Shown: positions 47,543-57,773 of the stretch, piece by piece
How positions within the stretch are numbered: position 1 is the stretch's first letter
Layout: every line of letters begins with the position of its first letter
Source: Marivivens sp.
GTDB taxonomy: Bacteria > Pseudomonadota > Alphaproteobacteria > Rhodobacterales > Rhodobacteraceae
Direction of reading: 5' to 3'
Length of the DNA stretch: 64,000 nt
Assembly (NCBI GenBank): GCA_038133925.1
Contig: JAYPUF010000001.1
Coordinates: forward strand, 16,201 to 80,200
The notes under the pieces: model-generated
Databases searched by the model: none
Told to the model about the DNA's origin: nothing
What the model saw: the letters and a program-made list of their open reading frames with translations, nothing else
Made by a program: the position numbers and the translations under genes

Positions 47543-47842
47543 TTAGCGGATAACGATTTCGTCTGCGCGGATCATGCCGAGGACGTCGCGCGCGCGCTCG
47601 TCGAGCAGGTCAAGATCGAGATAGTTGTCCGAAAGTCGATGAGTGAGGTTTTCCATCTGGGCGACCTGAGCATTGATGCGATCAAGGTCTTGCTGGAGCT
47701 TTTTGCCCTCTGCCGTCACTTCGGCGCGCTTGAAGACGCCATAGTCACCTTGCACTGCTGCAAAGGTGAAGTAGAGGCCCAAAAGGATTGCCCCCAAGAA
47801 ATATGCAAGTGACCCGAAAGAAGGTCTGCTGTGACGGTTCAT
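47543..47842 (-). CDS. ftsB: Septum formation initiator, FtsB/DivIC family
   Basis: TM segment, G.YG, coiled coil, then LDLDLLDERARDVLG...DE. Confidence 0.85.
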   Translation of the reverse strand: MNRHSRPSFGSLAYFLGAILLGLYFTFAAVQGDYGVFKRAEVTAEGKKLQQDLDRINAQVAQMENLTHRLSDNYLDLDLLDERARDVLGMIRADEIVIR

Positions 47843-47882
47843 TTTATGCCTCATTTTCCGCATCTTACGCGCGGTGAGGCTA

Positions 47883-47912
47883 GAATCGCACATCTGATTC
47901 GCTTTGTGAATC
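47883..47912. promoter_or_regulatory. Triple GANTC cluster including a TGATTCG (GcrA-type) motif upstream of ftsB
   Basis: GAATC 47883, GATTC 47896 (within TGATTCG) and GAATC 47908. Confidence 0.55.
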
Positions 47913-47934
47913 CCCTAAATCGTATATTTTAAAG

Positions 47935-47964
47935 AAAAAATGGCCACCGCAGGGGGGTGGCCAT
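47935..47964 (-). terminator. fbaB terminator
   Basis: AAAAAATGGCCACC-loop-GGTGGCCAT; U-run on the minus strand. Confidence 0.8.
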
Positions 47965-47989
47965 AATCGAGGTTCGATTGTCTCAAAGC

Positions 47990-48919
47990 TTAGGCTTTGC
48001 CGCGGTAGATATCTACGAGCTTCTGCAGCATCTGGAGCGCATCACCACGTTCGCGTTGGAAGGAGTTGCGGCCGATGATTGAGCCGTTGCCGCCACCATC
48101 GCGAATTGCGCGGGCGTCATCATAGACGCTATCTGCGCCCTTCTTTGCACCGCCTGAGAAGACGACAATGCGGCGACCTCCGAAGGACGCGTCCATGCAA
48201 TGGCGAACGCGTGCTGCTTGGGTTGCGACGTCGATATTTTGATCTTCGTAGACCTTTTTGGCTTCAGGCAGCATGAGGTGGTCGGTCGAAAGCTTGATCT
48301 TGATGATATGTGCGCCGATGAGGGCCGCGATTTGAGCGGCATAGGCGGCCACGTCAATGGCGGTTTCGCCGTCTTTGGTAATGGCTTCGCCGCGGGGATA
48401 GGACCAGATGACCGTTGCAACGCCCTTTGCGGCTGCTTCTTTGCGCATCTCGACGATTTCTTCGTACATGTCCAGTTGAGCGTCGGAGCCGGGGTAAATC
48501 GTGAAACCGATGGCCGAGCAGCCAAGGCGCAGTGCGTCGTCAACGGATGCGGTTACAGCTTGGTTCTTGCCGCAGCTGTCTGACATGAGCGAGTTTGCAG
48601 AGTTCACCTTGAGGATCGTGGGGATTTGGCCCGCGAAAGTATCGGCGCCTGCTTCGATCATACCAAGCGGTGCGGCATAGGCATTTAGGCCTGCGTCAAT
48701 CGCAAGTTGGTAATGGTAGTGCGGGTCATAGCCACCAGGGTTTGGTGCGAATGAGCGGGCTGGGCCGTGTTCGAAACCTTGGTCGACCGGAAGGATAATC
48801 ATCTTGCCGGTGCCGCCCAGCTTGCCGGTCATCAGCATACGCGCGAGGTTGGCTTTTACGCCGGGGGTTTCGCCTTCGTAGTTGGAGAGGATTTTCTGGA
48901 CAATTTTGGTGGTCTTCAT
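47990..48919 (-). CDS. fbaB: Class I fructose-bisphosphate aldolase (DhnA/FbaB type)
   Basis: ILPVDQGFEHGP, WSYPRG, AHIIKIK and IIGRN motifs. Confidence 0.92.
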   Translation of the reverse strand: MKTTKIVQKILSNYEGETPGVKANLARMLMTGKLGGTGKMIILPVDQGFEHGPARSFAPNPGGYDPHYHYQLAIDAGLNAYAAPLGMIEAGADTFAGQIPTILKVNSANSLMSDSCGKNQAVTASVDDALRLGCSAIGFTIYPGSDAQLDMYEEIVEMRKEAAAKGVATVIWSYPRGEAITKDGETAIDVAAYAAQIAALIGAHIIKIKLSTDHLMLPEAKKVYEDQNIDVATQAARVRHCMDASFGGRRIVVFSGGAKKGADSVYDDARAIRDGGGNGSIIGRNSFQRERGDALQMLQKLVDIYRGKA

Positions 48920-48990
48920 GCTCGGAGCCCTTTGGGTTGCGGTGGCAATTCACGGGCTGGCCTAGGACGCGATTTTGGGTTGTGCAAGGT

Positions 48991-49044
48991 TGTTAGCGCA
49001 ACCGCTTGAATTGTTAGCGCAACCAAGAGGGATAAGCGCTAACA
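48991..49044. promoter_or_regulatory. Three tandem LacI-family operator-like sites upstream of fbaB
   Basis: TGTTAGCGCAACCG, TGTTAGCGCAACCA and GATAAGCGCTAACA; consensus TGTTAGCGCTAACA. Confidence 0.7.
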
Positions 49045-49093
49045 TATTGGGAATAGTCAGAATTCTTTACAAAAGAATGACGTTTTTTGAAAC

Positions 49094-49120
49094 AAAAAAG
49101 CCCGCTTGGAGGCGGGCTTT
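49094..49120 (-). terminator. pgk terminator
   Basis: AAAAAAGCCCGCT-tgg-AGGCGGGCTTT. Confidence 0.8.
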
Positions 49121-49144
49121 GATGCGTTTATGCCAATGCGGGAA

Positions 49145-50323
49145 TCAGGCTTGTAGAGCCGCCACGCCGGGGAGGGTCTTGCCTTCCATCCATTCAAGGA
49201 AAGCGCCGCCCGCGGTCGAGATATAGGTGAAGTCGGCAGCAGCACCCGCTTGGTTCAGCGCGGCTACGGTGTCACCGCCACCCGCGACCGAGATCAGCTT
49301 GCCGGCTTTGGACAGCGCGGCGGCTTGAGCGGCGGCAGCGTTGGTTGCGGCGTCGAAAGGTGTGATCTCGAATGCACCAAGAGGACCGTTCCAGACGAGC
49401 GTCTTGGCGCGGTCAAGCACCTCAGAGATATAAGTAACTGTTGCGGGGCCCGCATCGAGGATCATCGCATCGGCTGGGCAAGCATCGGGAGCGACAGTTT
49501 CATTTGCAGCGTTTGCTTTGAACTCACGCGCAACAACGACATCGCGCGGAAGAATAATCTCGCAACCAGCAGCTTCGGCCTTTCTCAGGATGTCGCGAGC
49601 GGTTTCGGCAAGGTCATGTTCGCAAAGCGATTTGCCGACGTTCACGCCTTGGGCCGCGAGGAAGGTGTTTGCCATGCCGCCGCCGATCACGAGGTGATCT
49701 ACTTTGCCGACAAGGTTGCCAAGTAGGTCGAGCTTGGTTGAAACCTTTGCGCCGCCAACAACAGCAACAACAGGGCGAGCAGGGGTGCCGAGGGCCTTGT
49801 CCAAGGCACCGAGCTCTTCGGCCATCAGGCGGCCCGCGCAGGAAGGAAGAAGGTGGGCCACACCTTCGGTCGATGCATGCGCGCGGTGGGCAGCAGAAAA
49901 CGCATCGTTCACGTAGACGTCACCAAGCGAGGCGAGGAATTTCGCCATCATCGGGTCGTTCTTTTCTTCCATCGGCGTAAATCGCGTGTTCTCAACTAGA
50001 ACCACGGTGCCTTTGGGGAGTGCCGCAAGTTCGTCGCCCGAAGGTTTTTCAATAAAGCTCACTGATGTTCCAAGCGCCGCTTCCAGTGCGGGGAGGGTGA
50101 CACGCAGGCTCATTTCGGGGACAGGCTGGCCCTTGGGGCGACCAAAGTGCGCGAGCATAATCGGTGTTCCGCCTTTGGCGACAATGTCCTTTATGGTTGG
50201 GACTATACGGTCAATGCGGCTTGTGTCGGTGACGCGACCATCCTCGACAGGTACGTTGATATCTACGCGTACCAGTACGCGTTTGCCGTCAAGATCCATG
50301 TCGTCGAGTGTTTTCCAAGCCAT
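49145..50323 (-). CDS. pgk: Phosphoglycerate kinase
   Basis: [27 protein letters not shown] and [10 protein letters not shown] motifs. Confidence 0.97.
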   Translation of the reverse strand: MAWKTLDDMDLDGKRVLVRVDINVPVEDGRVTDTSRIDRIVPTIKDIVAKGGTPIMLAHFGRPKGQPVPEMSLRVTLPALEAALGTSVSFIEKPSGDELAALPKGTVVLVENTRFTPMEEKNDPMMAKFLASLGDVYVNDAFSAAHRAHASTEGVAHLLPSCAGRLMAEELGALDKALGTPARPVVAVVGGAKVSTKLDLLGNLVGKVDHLVIGGGMANTFLAAQGVNVGKSLCEHDLAETARDILRKAEAAGCEIILPRDVVVAREFKANAANETVAPDACPADAMILDAGPATVTYISEVLDRAKTLVWNGPLGAFEITPFDAATNAAAAQAAALSKAGKLISVAGGGDTVAALNQAGAAADFTYISTAGGAFLEWMEGKTLPGVAALQA

Positions 50324-50452
50324 CCGAACCTCCGTAGTTTAGCGGTAGCGCCTTGTTCGTAACCGTCCTCGCGCCAACGTCAAGCGCGATCCCTTGGCAA
50401 GGGCGCGAAATAACCTTATGTCGTTGGCAAATGTTTTCCAAAGGAGTGCCCC

Positions 50453-50959
50453 GTGGCCGAGATTAAAGACCCCGAAAACACCGTCATCATCGAACTGAAG
50501 GACGGCAATGTCGTAATCGAGCTTCTTGCTGATGTTGCTCCGCAGCATACCGCACGTATGAAAGAGCTCGCTCGCGCTGGTGAGTATGACAACGTTTGTT
50601 TCCACCGCGTTATTGACGGTTTCATGGCGCAGACGGGTGATGTTGCGAATGGCGACATGGAAGACAACTTTAACCTCCGCGCTGCTGGCACAGGTGGTTC
50701 GGATCTTCCTGATCTTCCGGCTGAATTCTCGCGCCTTCCGCACGATCGCGGCACCCTTGGCGCTGCACGTTCGATGAACCCGAACTCGGCGAACTCGCAG
50801 TTCTTCATCAACTTCAAAGACAACCACTTCCTCAACGGTCAATACACGGTCTATGGCCGCGTGATCGAAGGCATGGAGCACGTAGACGCGATCACCCGTG
50901 GTGAGCCGCCTGCGAATCCAGACCGCATGATCTCTGTTAAGGTTGCCGCTGATGTTTAA
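50453..50959 (+). CDS. Cyclophilin-type peptidyl-prolyl isomerase (cytoplasmic)
   Basis: FHRVIDGFMAQTGD, ANSQFFI and QYTVYG motifs. Confidence 0.93.
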   Translation: MAEIKDPENTVIIELKDGNVVIELLADVAPQHTARMKELARAGEYDNVCFHRVIDGFMAQTGDVANGDMEDNFNLRAAGTGGSDLPDLPAEFSRLPHDRGTLGAARSMNPNSANSQFFINFKDNHFLNGQYTVYGRVIEGMEHVDAITRGEPPANPDRMISVKVAADV

Positions 50960-51497
50960 GCTCGCCGCAGCTTTCACCCTTGTTGCGTCTTCGGCACTTG
51001 CCAGTGGTCTTGAGATCATGGTCGATGGCCAAGCGCAGGGCACGATCAAGATCGACCTTCTGGAAGAGCTTGCGCCAAAGCATGTCGAGCAGATCAAGGC
51101 GATTGCTGCCGAAGGTCTTTATGATGGCGTTGTTTTTCACCGCGTGATTGACGGCTTTATGGCACAGACTGGTGACGTCCAATTTGGTCGTATCGGCATG
51201 GACATGCGTATGGCTGGCATGGGCGGGTCGGAATTTGGCGATATCGAAGCCGAATTCAGCGATGAACCCTTTGCGCGTGGCATCGTCGGCATGGCGCGTT
51301 CTTCCGATCCAAACTCGGCAAACTCGCAGTTTTTCATCATGTTTGACCAAGGTGACTTCCTCAATGGCCAATACACCGTTGTGGGTCGTGTGACTGAGGG
51401 TATGGACATCGTTGACGCGATCAAGCGCGGCGAAGGTCCGAACGGTGCGATTATCGGCCGTCCCGATGTGATGATCAAAGTGACCGTCACCGAGTAA
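50952..51497 (+). CDS. Cyclophilin-type peptidyl-prolyl isomerase (signal peptide, periplasmic)
   Basis: Signal peptide MFKLAAAFTLVASSALA and the same cyclophilin motifs. Confidence 0.92.
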   Translation: MFKLAAAFTLVASSALASGLEIMVDGQAQGTIKIDLLEELAPKHVEQIKAIAAEGLYDGVVFHRVIDGFMAQTGDVQFGRIGMDMRMAGMGGSEFGDIEAEFSDEPFARGIVGMARSSDPNSANSQFFIMFDQGDFLNGQYTVVGRVTEGMDIVDAIKRGEGPNGAIIGRPDVMIKVTVTE

Positions 51498-51521
51498 TCG
51501 AACGGACATTCGGAAATTGAG

Positions 51522-51549
51522 AGGGCGGGAGATGATCCCGCCCTTTTTT
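51522..51549 (+). terminator. Terminator after the cyclophilin pair
   Basis: AGGGCGGGA-gatga-TCCCGCCCTTTTTT. Confidence 0.8.
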
Positions 51550-52960
51550 ATGTGCCGCAGAAGGTGCGCGTGACCTTCTCGGTTGACAAGGGCGGCTTGG
51601 AGTAGGCTTTGCGCGGCTCATCAAGCTCGGCAAAGGGTGCTGTTACGACTGAAAGCATCTCGTGGAACGGTGCAAAGTCGCCCTGAACACCGGATTGGAT
51701 TACCGCTTCGATCTTATGAAGGCGCGGGATGATCTTTGGGTTCATCGATTTCATAAGCGCTTGGTCGGGGACAAAGGAATTCCAATCCTCGCGCCATAGA
51801 TCAAATGCCTCGCGGTCTGTGAACTGATCACGCGCTTGGCCGCTGGACAGTCCCGCAAATGTATTGGTGAAATCCGATCCGCTTTCCATCATCAGCCTGA
51901 GCAGGCGATTGACCAAAGAAAAGCTCTGCTCCGTGTCAGTTAGGCCAATCTTTGCGGCCATGAGCTTGCGCCATTCGGACTGATAAATATCGGCAAAACC
52001 GTTGACGATTTCTGTGAACTCTTCGATTGCAGCATCCTGGTCCGGCATCAGAGGAACCAAGGCGGTGGCAAGTTGCGCTATGTTCCAAACCGCGATTTGT
52101 GGCTGGTTGCCATAGGCATAACGGCCTTGGGTATCGATTGAACTAAAAACGGTCGAGGGGTGATATTCGTCCATAAAAGCGCAGGGGCCATAGTCGATGG
52201 TCTCTCCCGAGACTGTCATGTTGTCAGTGTTCATGACCCCGTGGATGAAACCGATTGAAATCCACTTTGCGATGAGTTTTGCCTGCGCCTCTGTCACAGC
52301 ACGCAAGAGCCCAGGTGCTCCCTCTGCTTTTGGGTAATGACGCTTGATCACGTGCTCGCAGAGCTGCTGGAGCGCATCAAGGTCGCGCCGCGCTGCAAAG
52401 AGTTGAAACGTTCCAACTCGGATATGACTTGCCGCCACTCGTGTAAGGATCGCTCCGGGGAAATAGCCTTCGCGGATGACGGTCTCACCTGATCCGACCG
52501 CGGCAAGAGCACGTGTGGTCGGCACGCCAAGGGCGTGCATCGCCTCGCTCATGATGTATTCGCGCAAAACAGGCCCGAGCCATGCGCGTCCGTCGCCACG
52601 TCGAGAATAGGGGGTGGGGCCGGAGCCTTTGAGTTGAATGTCGCGGCGCTCGCCGTTTGCATCCACGACCTCTCCCAAAAGGATGGCGCGACCATCTCCG
52701 AGCCCTGGGTTCCAATTGCCGAACTGGTGTCCTGCATAGGCTTGGGCAATCGGCTCGGACCCTGCGGCTATGGCGTTGCCTGCAAGGACCTCGATGCCAA
52801 TCGGGCCGCGCAATTCCTCGGGGGAAATGCCAAGCTCACGCGCCAAAGCGTCATTCACTGTAATCAGCGAGGGCGCTCCGACAGGCGTTGGATCAACCCG
52901 CGCAAACAACCGATCAGTCAGGCGGGCATAGGAATTATCGAAGGGGATCACGAGTGTCAT
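51548..52960 (-). CDS. selO: Protein adenylyltransferase SelO/YdiU
   Basis: [36 protein letters not shown] and IDYGP motifs; C-terminal TFCGT (Cys form). Confidence 0.94.
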   Translation of the reverse strand: MTLVIPFDNSYARLTDRLFARVDPTPVGAPSLITVNDALARELGISPEELRGPIGIEVLAGNAIAAGSEPIAQAYAGHQFGNWNPGLGDGRAILLGEVVDANGERRDIQLKGSGPTPYSRRGDGRAWLGPVLREYIMSEAMHALGVPTTRALAAVGSGETVIREGYFPGAILTRVAASHIRVGTFQLFAARRDLDALQQLCEHVIKRHYPKAEGAPGLLRAVTEAQAKLIAKWISIGFIHGVMNTDNMTVSGETIDYGPCAFMDEYHPSTVFSSIDTQGRYAYGNQPQIAVWNIAQLATALVPLMPDQDAAIEEFTEIVNGFADIYQSEWRKLMAAKIGLTDTEQSFSLVNRLLRLMMESGSDFTNTFAGLSSGQARDQFTDREAFDLWREDWNSFVPDQALMKSMNPKIIPRLHKIEAVIQSGVQGDFAPFHEMLSVVTAPFAELDEPRKAYSKPPLSTEKVTRTFCGT

Positions 52961-52999
52961 GGTCAATAGATGGGGCGTGTTTCGCAAAAAGCTATGAGG

Positions 53000-53449
53000 T
53001 CAGAGGCGATCCGTCATAATGAGCACGCCGTCACGAGGTTCGAAGCCAACGCGCTTGCAAAAGTTCTGGGCCTCGACATCGTCCTGTGCCAAGCGCGCAT
53101 GGAGCGCACGTACACCGCCAGCAGTCAAAGAAACGGCGATTGCATGGAGCACTTCGGTGCCGATCCCGCGCTTGCGAACCGATGGCCGGATATAGGCCTC
53201 GTCTACCCAACCTTCTGTGCCGCCATAAGCGACAGACCAACCAAAGGTCACGAGCACATAGCCAAGCGGTGCGCGGGTCGGGCCGATGAGCCATACCGCG
53301 CCATGAGGGCTTCCATCCAAGAGGGGCGTCACTGCTCGGCGACGCAGGTCATCATCAGAAGCGATCCCGCGTTCTTCGTGAAAGCGCTCCATGAGCGACA
53401 GAACGCGATCGAGGTCCTCGGTTTTGCCGAGGGTTATATTGGTGGTCAT
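53000..53449 (-). CDS. GNAT-family acetyltransferase
   Basis: Motif A: YIRPSVRKRGIG. Confidence 0.85.
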   Translation of the reverse strand: MTTNITLGKTEDLDRVLSLMERFHEERGIASDDDLRRRAVTPLLDGSPHGAVWLIGPTRAPLGYVLVTFGWSVAYGGTEGWVDEAYIRPSVRKRGIGTEVLHAIAVSLTAGGVRALHARLAQDDVEAQNFCKRVGFEPRDGVLIMTDRL

Positions 53450-54387
53450 AGTCGCGCGATCCTCTCGCTCAGGAGATCAAAGAACCCATCACGGTGAATT
53501 TGGTTGAGGAAGAGCGCATTTGGTTTTCGGTCTGTGACGCGCCACCAATCGGCGACAGTCATGCCGAGGGTCAGGTCGGATTTTGTTTCGATCTCAACGT
53601 TGATGTACCTCCCGTCAAAGAGGTGCGGATCGATGAGATAGGCGATGACGCATGGATCATGCAGCGGCGCACCCGAGGAGCCGTATTTCGCTACATCGAA
53701 ACGCTCGAAAAAGTCTGTCCAGCCGGCAACCATATGCCCTGCAAGCGTCCCAAGGCCATTCATCTTGTCGATCCAAGCGCGATCAGTGAGCGCTTTGTGG
53801 GTCACATCAAGCGGGCACATTACGATGTTTGCGCCTGATTTGAACACGATATCAGCGGCTTTGGGGTCCACATATATATTGAACTCAGCCGAGGGCGTAA
53901 TGTTGCCACCTTCAAAGAAGCCACCACCCATGAGAACGATTTGGTGAACGCGTTCGATAATATCGGGGGCTTTTTGAAACGCTGTTGCGATGTTTGTCAG
54001 CGGACCAAGCGGACACAGTGTTACGGTGTCCGCAGGCTCAGTGCGCAGAGTTTCAATGATAAAGTCGACACCGTGCTGTTCCTGAAGAGGCATTGTCGGA
54101 TCGGGACGGACAGGGCCATCCAAGCCCGTTTTTCCGTGGACATGTTCGGCTGTGACAAGAGGGCGCGACAACGGAGCATCGCAGCCCGCAAAGACTTTGA
54201 CTTCGGGGCGTCCCGCCACCTCGCATACGATCCGCGCATTCTTTTGGGTCAGCGGTAGGGGAACGTTACCAGCGACCGCCGTTATCCCCAAAACCTCGAC
54301 ATCTTCGGGGCTTGCAAGGGCGAGCAAAATAGCAACGGCGTCGTCCTGACCTGGGTCGGTGTCGATGATGATCTTACGGGGGGACAT
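53446..54387 (-). CDS. Nucleoside hydrolase (inosine/uridine-preferring family)
   Basis: DTDPGQDDA, HVHGKTGL, GPLTN, AEFN and PLHDP motifs. Confidence 0.93.
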   Translation of the reverse strand: MSPRKIIIDTDPGQDDAVAILLALASPEDVEVLGITAVAGNVPLPLTQKNARIVCEVAGRPEVKVFAGCDAPLSRPLVTAEHVHGKTGLDGPVRPDPTMPLQEQHGVDFIIETLRTEPADTVTLCPLGPLTNIATAFQKAPDIIERVHQIVLMGGGFFEGGNITPSAEFNIYVDPKAADIVFKSGANIVMCPLDVTHKALTDRAWIDKMNGLGTLAGHMVAGWTDFFERFDVAKYGSSGAPLHDPCVIAYLIDPHLFDGRYINVEIETKSDLTLGMTVADWWRVTDRKPNALFLNQIHRDGFFDLLSERIARL

Positions 54388-54487
54388 GGGGGCTCCTGTT
54401 CACTTGACCGCACAGTGGAGCCTTGCTTCCAAAGGTGCAAGGCCAAAGCACATCGCACGCGAAACACCGCCATTCAATTCCGCACTA

Positions 54488-55555
54488 TCAGCCGAGTCTT
54501 TCGCCCTTGGCATTGAAAAGGAACATCTTTTGCGGATCAAAGCGTGCGGAAATCTGCGTACCCGGACGGATAGAGCGGTCGCCTTGCATCGCGATCGTGA
54601 GCATGTCGGCATCGCCTTGGCGCGCATAGGCGTAGGTTTCGTTGCCGAGGTTCTCTACGATCTCGACGTTGAGCTCCAGTGCCGCATCGCCTGACGCTGT
54701 GAAATGCTCGGGGCGAATACCGATGGTAACTTCGGCGCCATCGCTCAGATCACTATGCGAGGCGGGCAGGGCGAGCGACTGGCCTTGATAGCCTATGAGG
54801 GAAAGCCGTCCGCCTTGCACCTTTGCTGGGAGGAAGTTCATTTTTGGCGAACCGATGAACCCCGCCACGAACTGATTTTTTGGGTTGTCATAAAGATCAA
54901 GCGGGCTTCCCACTTGCTCAATCCGCCCGTCGCGCAGGACAACGATCTTGTCGGCGAGTGTCATCGCCTCGACCTGATCGTGGGTCACATAGATGATCGT
55001 TGTGCCAAGCTCTTTGTGGAGTCGCGCAATCTCGATCCGCATCTGGACGCGCAGTTCGGCATCAAGGTTCGAGAGCGGTTCATCAAAGAGGAAAACCTCG
55101 GGATGGCGCACAATCGCGCGGCCAATGGCAACGCGCTGGCGCTGTCCACCCGAGAGATCCTTTGGGCGGCGGGATAAGAGAGCTTCTAGCCCCAAAATGC
55201 GCGCAGACTCGGCCACTTGGCGTTTGATCGCGTCTTTGCTTTCGCCCGCATATTTGAGCGCAAAACCCATGTTTTCTTCGACCGTCATATGCGGATAGAG
55301 CGCATAGGATTGAAACACCATCGCGATGCCGCGCTTTGAAGCGTCTACATCGTTGACAACGCGGTCCCCGATGAAAAGCTCACCATCTGTGATGTCTTCG
55401 AGTCCTGCAATCATCCGCAAGATCGTGGATTTGCCGCACCCCGATGGCCCGACGAACACCACGAATTCCTTGGGTTCGATGTCAAGGTCGACACCGCGAA
55501 TGACTTCAAAGCCACCATAGGCTTTGCGCAGTCCTTTGAGTTTCAATCCGCTCAT
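54488..55555 (-). CDS. Sugar ABC transporter ATP-binding protein (LacK/MalK-like)
   Basis: GPSGCGKST, LSGGQRQRVA and FDEPLSNLD motifs; TOBE tail. Confidence 0.93.
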   Translation of the reverse strand: MSGLKLKGLRKAYGGFEVIRGVDLDIEPKEFVVFVGPSGCGKSTILRMIAGLEDITDGELFIGDRVVNDVDASKRGIAMVFQSYALYPHMTVEENMGFALKYAGESKDAIKRQVAESARILGLEALLSRRPKDLSGGQRQRVAIGRAIVRHPEVFLFDEPLSNLDAELRVQMRIEIARLHKELGTTIIYVTHDQVEAMTLADKIVVLRDGRIEQVGSPLDLYDNPKNQFVAGFIGSPKMNFLPAKVQGGRLSLIGYQGQSLALPASHSDLSDGAEVTIGIRPEHFTASGDAALELNVEIVENLGNETYAYARQGDADMLTIAMQGDRSIRPGTQISARFDPQKMFLFNAKGERLG

Positions 55556-55568
55556 AACATCGCGCTCC

Positions 55569-57764
55569 TTAGATCGCCTGAAGGGTGACGGTTTTCTGGC
55601 CGAGGATCGGGTGAGTGACGGTTAGGTCCACTTTGCCTTTGCCCGTCATACGCAGCCAAAGTCCGGTCGAACCTGCACGTAGTGGAACCAGATCAGGGCC
55701 AAAAAGTTGGGCAGGGCCGCTTACCTCGAAACTGACGGGATCGGTTGCGTGGCGGAGCTTGTTGCCGGCTTGATCCAAAAGACGGACCATGACGCGGACG
55801 GTTTCGCCCGTTTCCACCTCGGTGTTATCGGGAACAATTGCAAGCGTTGTGGGCAGCGGGTCCGAGACGAACTTGCGCCGCGCAATTTCTTTGCCGTCCT
55901 TGAAGCCGACGATTTCGCCATGTTCCCAGCTCATACCCCAAACCCCAAGACCACCGTCGCCGAAATGCTCGGGACGAATGATCACCGGAGCATGGGGGAG
56001 ATGCGGATAGGCCTCGCGGTCAGGCTGAACGCGCACGGGCGGGAAGTCGCCGTAACGGACTTCGATTTCATCAACGTTGGTCAGAACGATCAGCGGAAGG
56101 ATGCCATGGATGTTACGCTCGCCGCGGGCGTAAAAGGTCACGGGCTCCATCACTACACCTTCGCTTGCATCCCGCTGGGATTGATAGGCAAAGGCCGCGA
56201 ATTTGGGTTCGCGAAACATGTCCATCACCCCGTGATAACAGATGCGGTCGCCCGATCCGAAATCCTTGTGGGTGTTGTAATCGAAGGCACACCAGCCGAT
56301 GGCGCCAGCGGTTCCATTCGCGCCGTATGCGGCGTTCAGGACGTCCAGATGACGGGTGACATGTTCGGCCTGACGCTGTTCCTGATCATGGGATTTGGTG
56401 GGGAACATGTGGCCATTATATTCGGTGATCAGATAGGGCACGTCATGGTCGAGACCCGTCACCTCGCGCTGGGGGCGCAGCGCGGTGCGGGGACGATTGC
56501 CGCCCATCTCGAACTCGCCCATGATGAAGTCGTTCATCGTATAGACGTCTTCGAGAAGCTCACTGTCGGTGATATAGCGAACACCGCCCGTTTGCCGCGT
56601 TTCGTCAAGTTCATGCGCTACGCGGTTGGTTTCCAAATAGAAATCGTGGTTGTCTTGGCTTTCGTTGATCCGCACACCCCAAAGGATGATTGATGGATGG
56701 TTCCAATCGCGGCGGATCATGCGGCGGACGTTTTCGACGCTTTCGGCCTGCCATTCCTTGTCGCCGATATGCTGCCAGCCGGGGATTTCTTCAAACACGA
56801 GAAGCCCGATTTCATCACAGCGGTCGAGGAAGTGTTTTGACTGCGGATAGTGCGAAGTGCGCCCGAGGTTTAGACCCAGATCGTACTTGAGGATTTCAGC
56901 GTCCTTACGCTGCGCTGCTTTGCCCAGAGCATAGCCGACATAGGGGAAAGACTGGTGACGGTTGAGACCGCGGATTTTCAGAAGCCGCCCGTTGAGATGG
57001 AAACCGTCAGTGGTGAACTCGGCATGACGGAAGCCAAAACGGGTGTCGAGTGTGTCCTCGCCATGAGCCGTATCAAGCGTCAGGTTGAGGGAATAGAGCT
57101 GTGGGTTGTCGACGTCCCAAAGTGCGATGCCCTTAAGGTCCGAAAGCGTGACCTCAGCCTGAGGCCCCGAAACATCGATTAGGGTTTTGGCAATGGTCTT
57201 GCCGTGCTTCAGAAGCGACGCGCTCAAAGTTCCGCTGATCCCAAGGTTTTGCGGATCGGCGAAGGTAACCTTGGCAAACACGGACTTCTCGTCCGCAAGT
57301 ACGTCAGGGGTCTCGATCTTGACCGAGGCGATCGAGACGGGCGCGGTTAGTTTGATCCAAACATCGCGGTAAATCCCAGCATAGGTGAGATAGTCAATCT
57401 GACCACCGAATGGCGGGATTGCCGGATTTTCGCTTCCGTCGATTTCCACCGTGAGAAGGTTCTCTCCGTCCTTCAGCTTTCCCGTCAGCCGCGCTTCAAA
57501 GGGCGTATAGCCGTCCTTATGTGCGGCGATTTCCGTTCCATTGAGCAGCACGCGCGAATTGGCCATCGCTCCTTCAAAATGCAGAGCGACTTCACGGCCC
57601 TGCCATTCGGGTGCGGGGGTGAACCGCTTTTCATAGGTGAACTCACGCTGGTAAGAGCGTTCGTCGAAATAATGGAACGGAAGCTCTACTGCTGTGTGGG
57701 GCAGGGTCACGGGATCATTGCCCTCAAAGAGCCAGTCCGAGTTAAAGGAAATTAGGTCGCGCAT
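55569..57764 (-). CDS. GH2 beta-galactosidase
   Basis: GLNRHQ, RTSHYP, NHPSIILWGVRINE (acid/base) and ITEY (nucleophile) motifs. Confidence 0.9.
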   Translation of the reverse strand: MRDLISFNSDWLFEGNDPVTLPHTAVELPFHYFDERSYQREFTYEKRFTPAPEWQGREVALHFEGAMANSRVLLNGTEIAAHKDGYTPFEARLTGKLKDGENLLTVEIDGSENPAIPPFGGQIDYLTYAGIYRDVWIKLTAPVSIASVKIETPDVLADEKSVFAKVTFADPQNLGISGTLSASLLKHGKTIAKTLIDVSGPQAEVTLSDLKGIALWDVDNPQLYSLNLTLDTAHGEDTLDTRFGFRHAEFTTDGFHLNGRLLKIRGLNRHQSFPYVGYALGKAAQRKDAEILKYDLGLNLGRTSHYPQSKHFLDRCDEIGLLVFEEIPGWQHIGDKEWQAESVENVRRMIRRDWNHPSIILWGVRINESQDNHDFYLETNRVAHELDETRQTGGVRYITDSELLEDVYTMNDFIMGEFEMGGNRPRTALRPQREVTGLDHDVPYLITEYNGHMFPTKSHDQEQRQAEHVTRHLDVLNAAYGANGTAGAIGWCAFDYNTHKDFGSGDRICYHGVMDMFREPKFAAFAYQSQRDASEGVVMEPVTFYARGERNIHGILPLIVLTNVDEIEVRYGDFPPVRVQPDREAYPHLPHAPVIIRPEHFGDGGLGVWGMSWEHGEIVGFKDGKEIARRKFVSDPLPTTLAIVPDNTEVETGETVRVMVRLLDQAGNKLRHATDPVSFEVSGPAQLFGPDLVPLRAGSTGLWLRMTGKGKVDLTVTHPILGQKTVTLQAI

Positions 57765-57773
57765 TATTGGTCC

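Noticed and set aside
48991-49044. Mini-CRISPR or iteron reading of the TGTTAGCGCAACC repeats
   Set aside because: The units are 14 bp with 5-7-bp gaps, one is inverted, and there is no cas or rep gene; an operator array explains them better.
50453-51497. Tandem cyclophilin duplication as a novelty
   Set aside because: A cytoplasmic plus periplasmic pair is, as far as I recall, a common alphaproteobacterial arrangement.
51548-51570. Selenocysteine recoding in SelO
   Set aside because: The C-terminus encodes Cys (TFCGT) and ends at TAA; there is no in-frame TGA.
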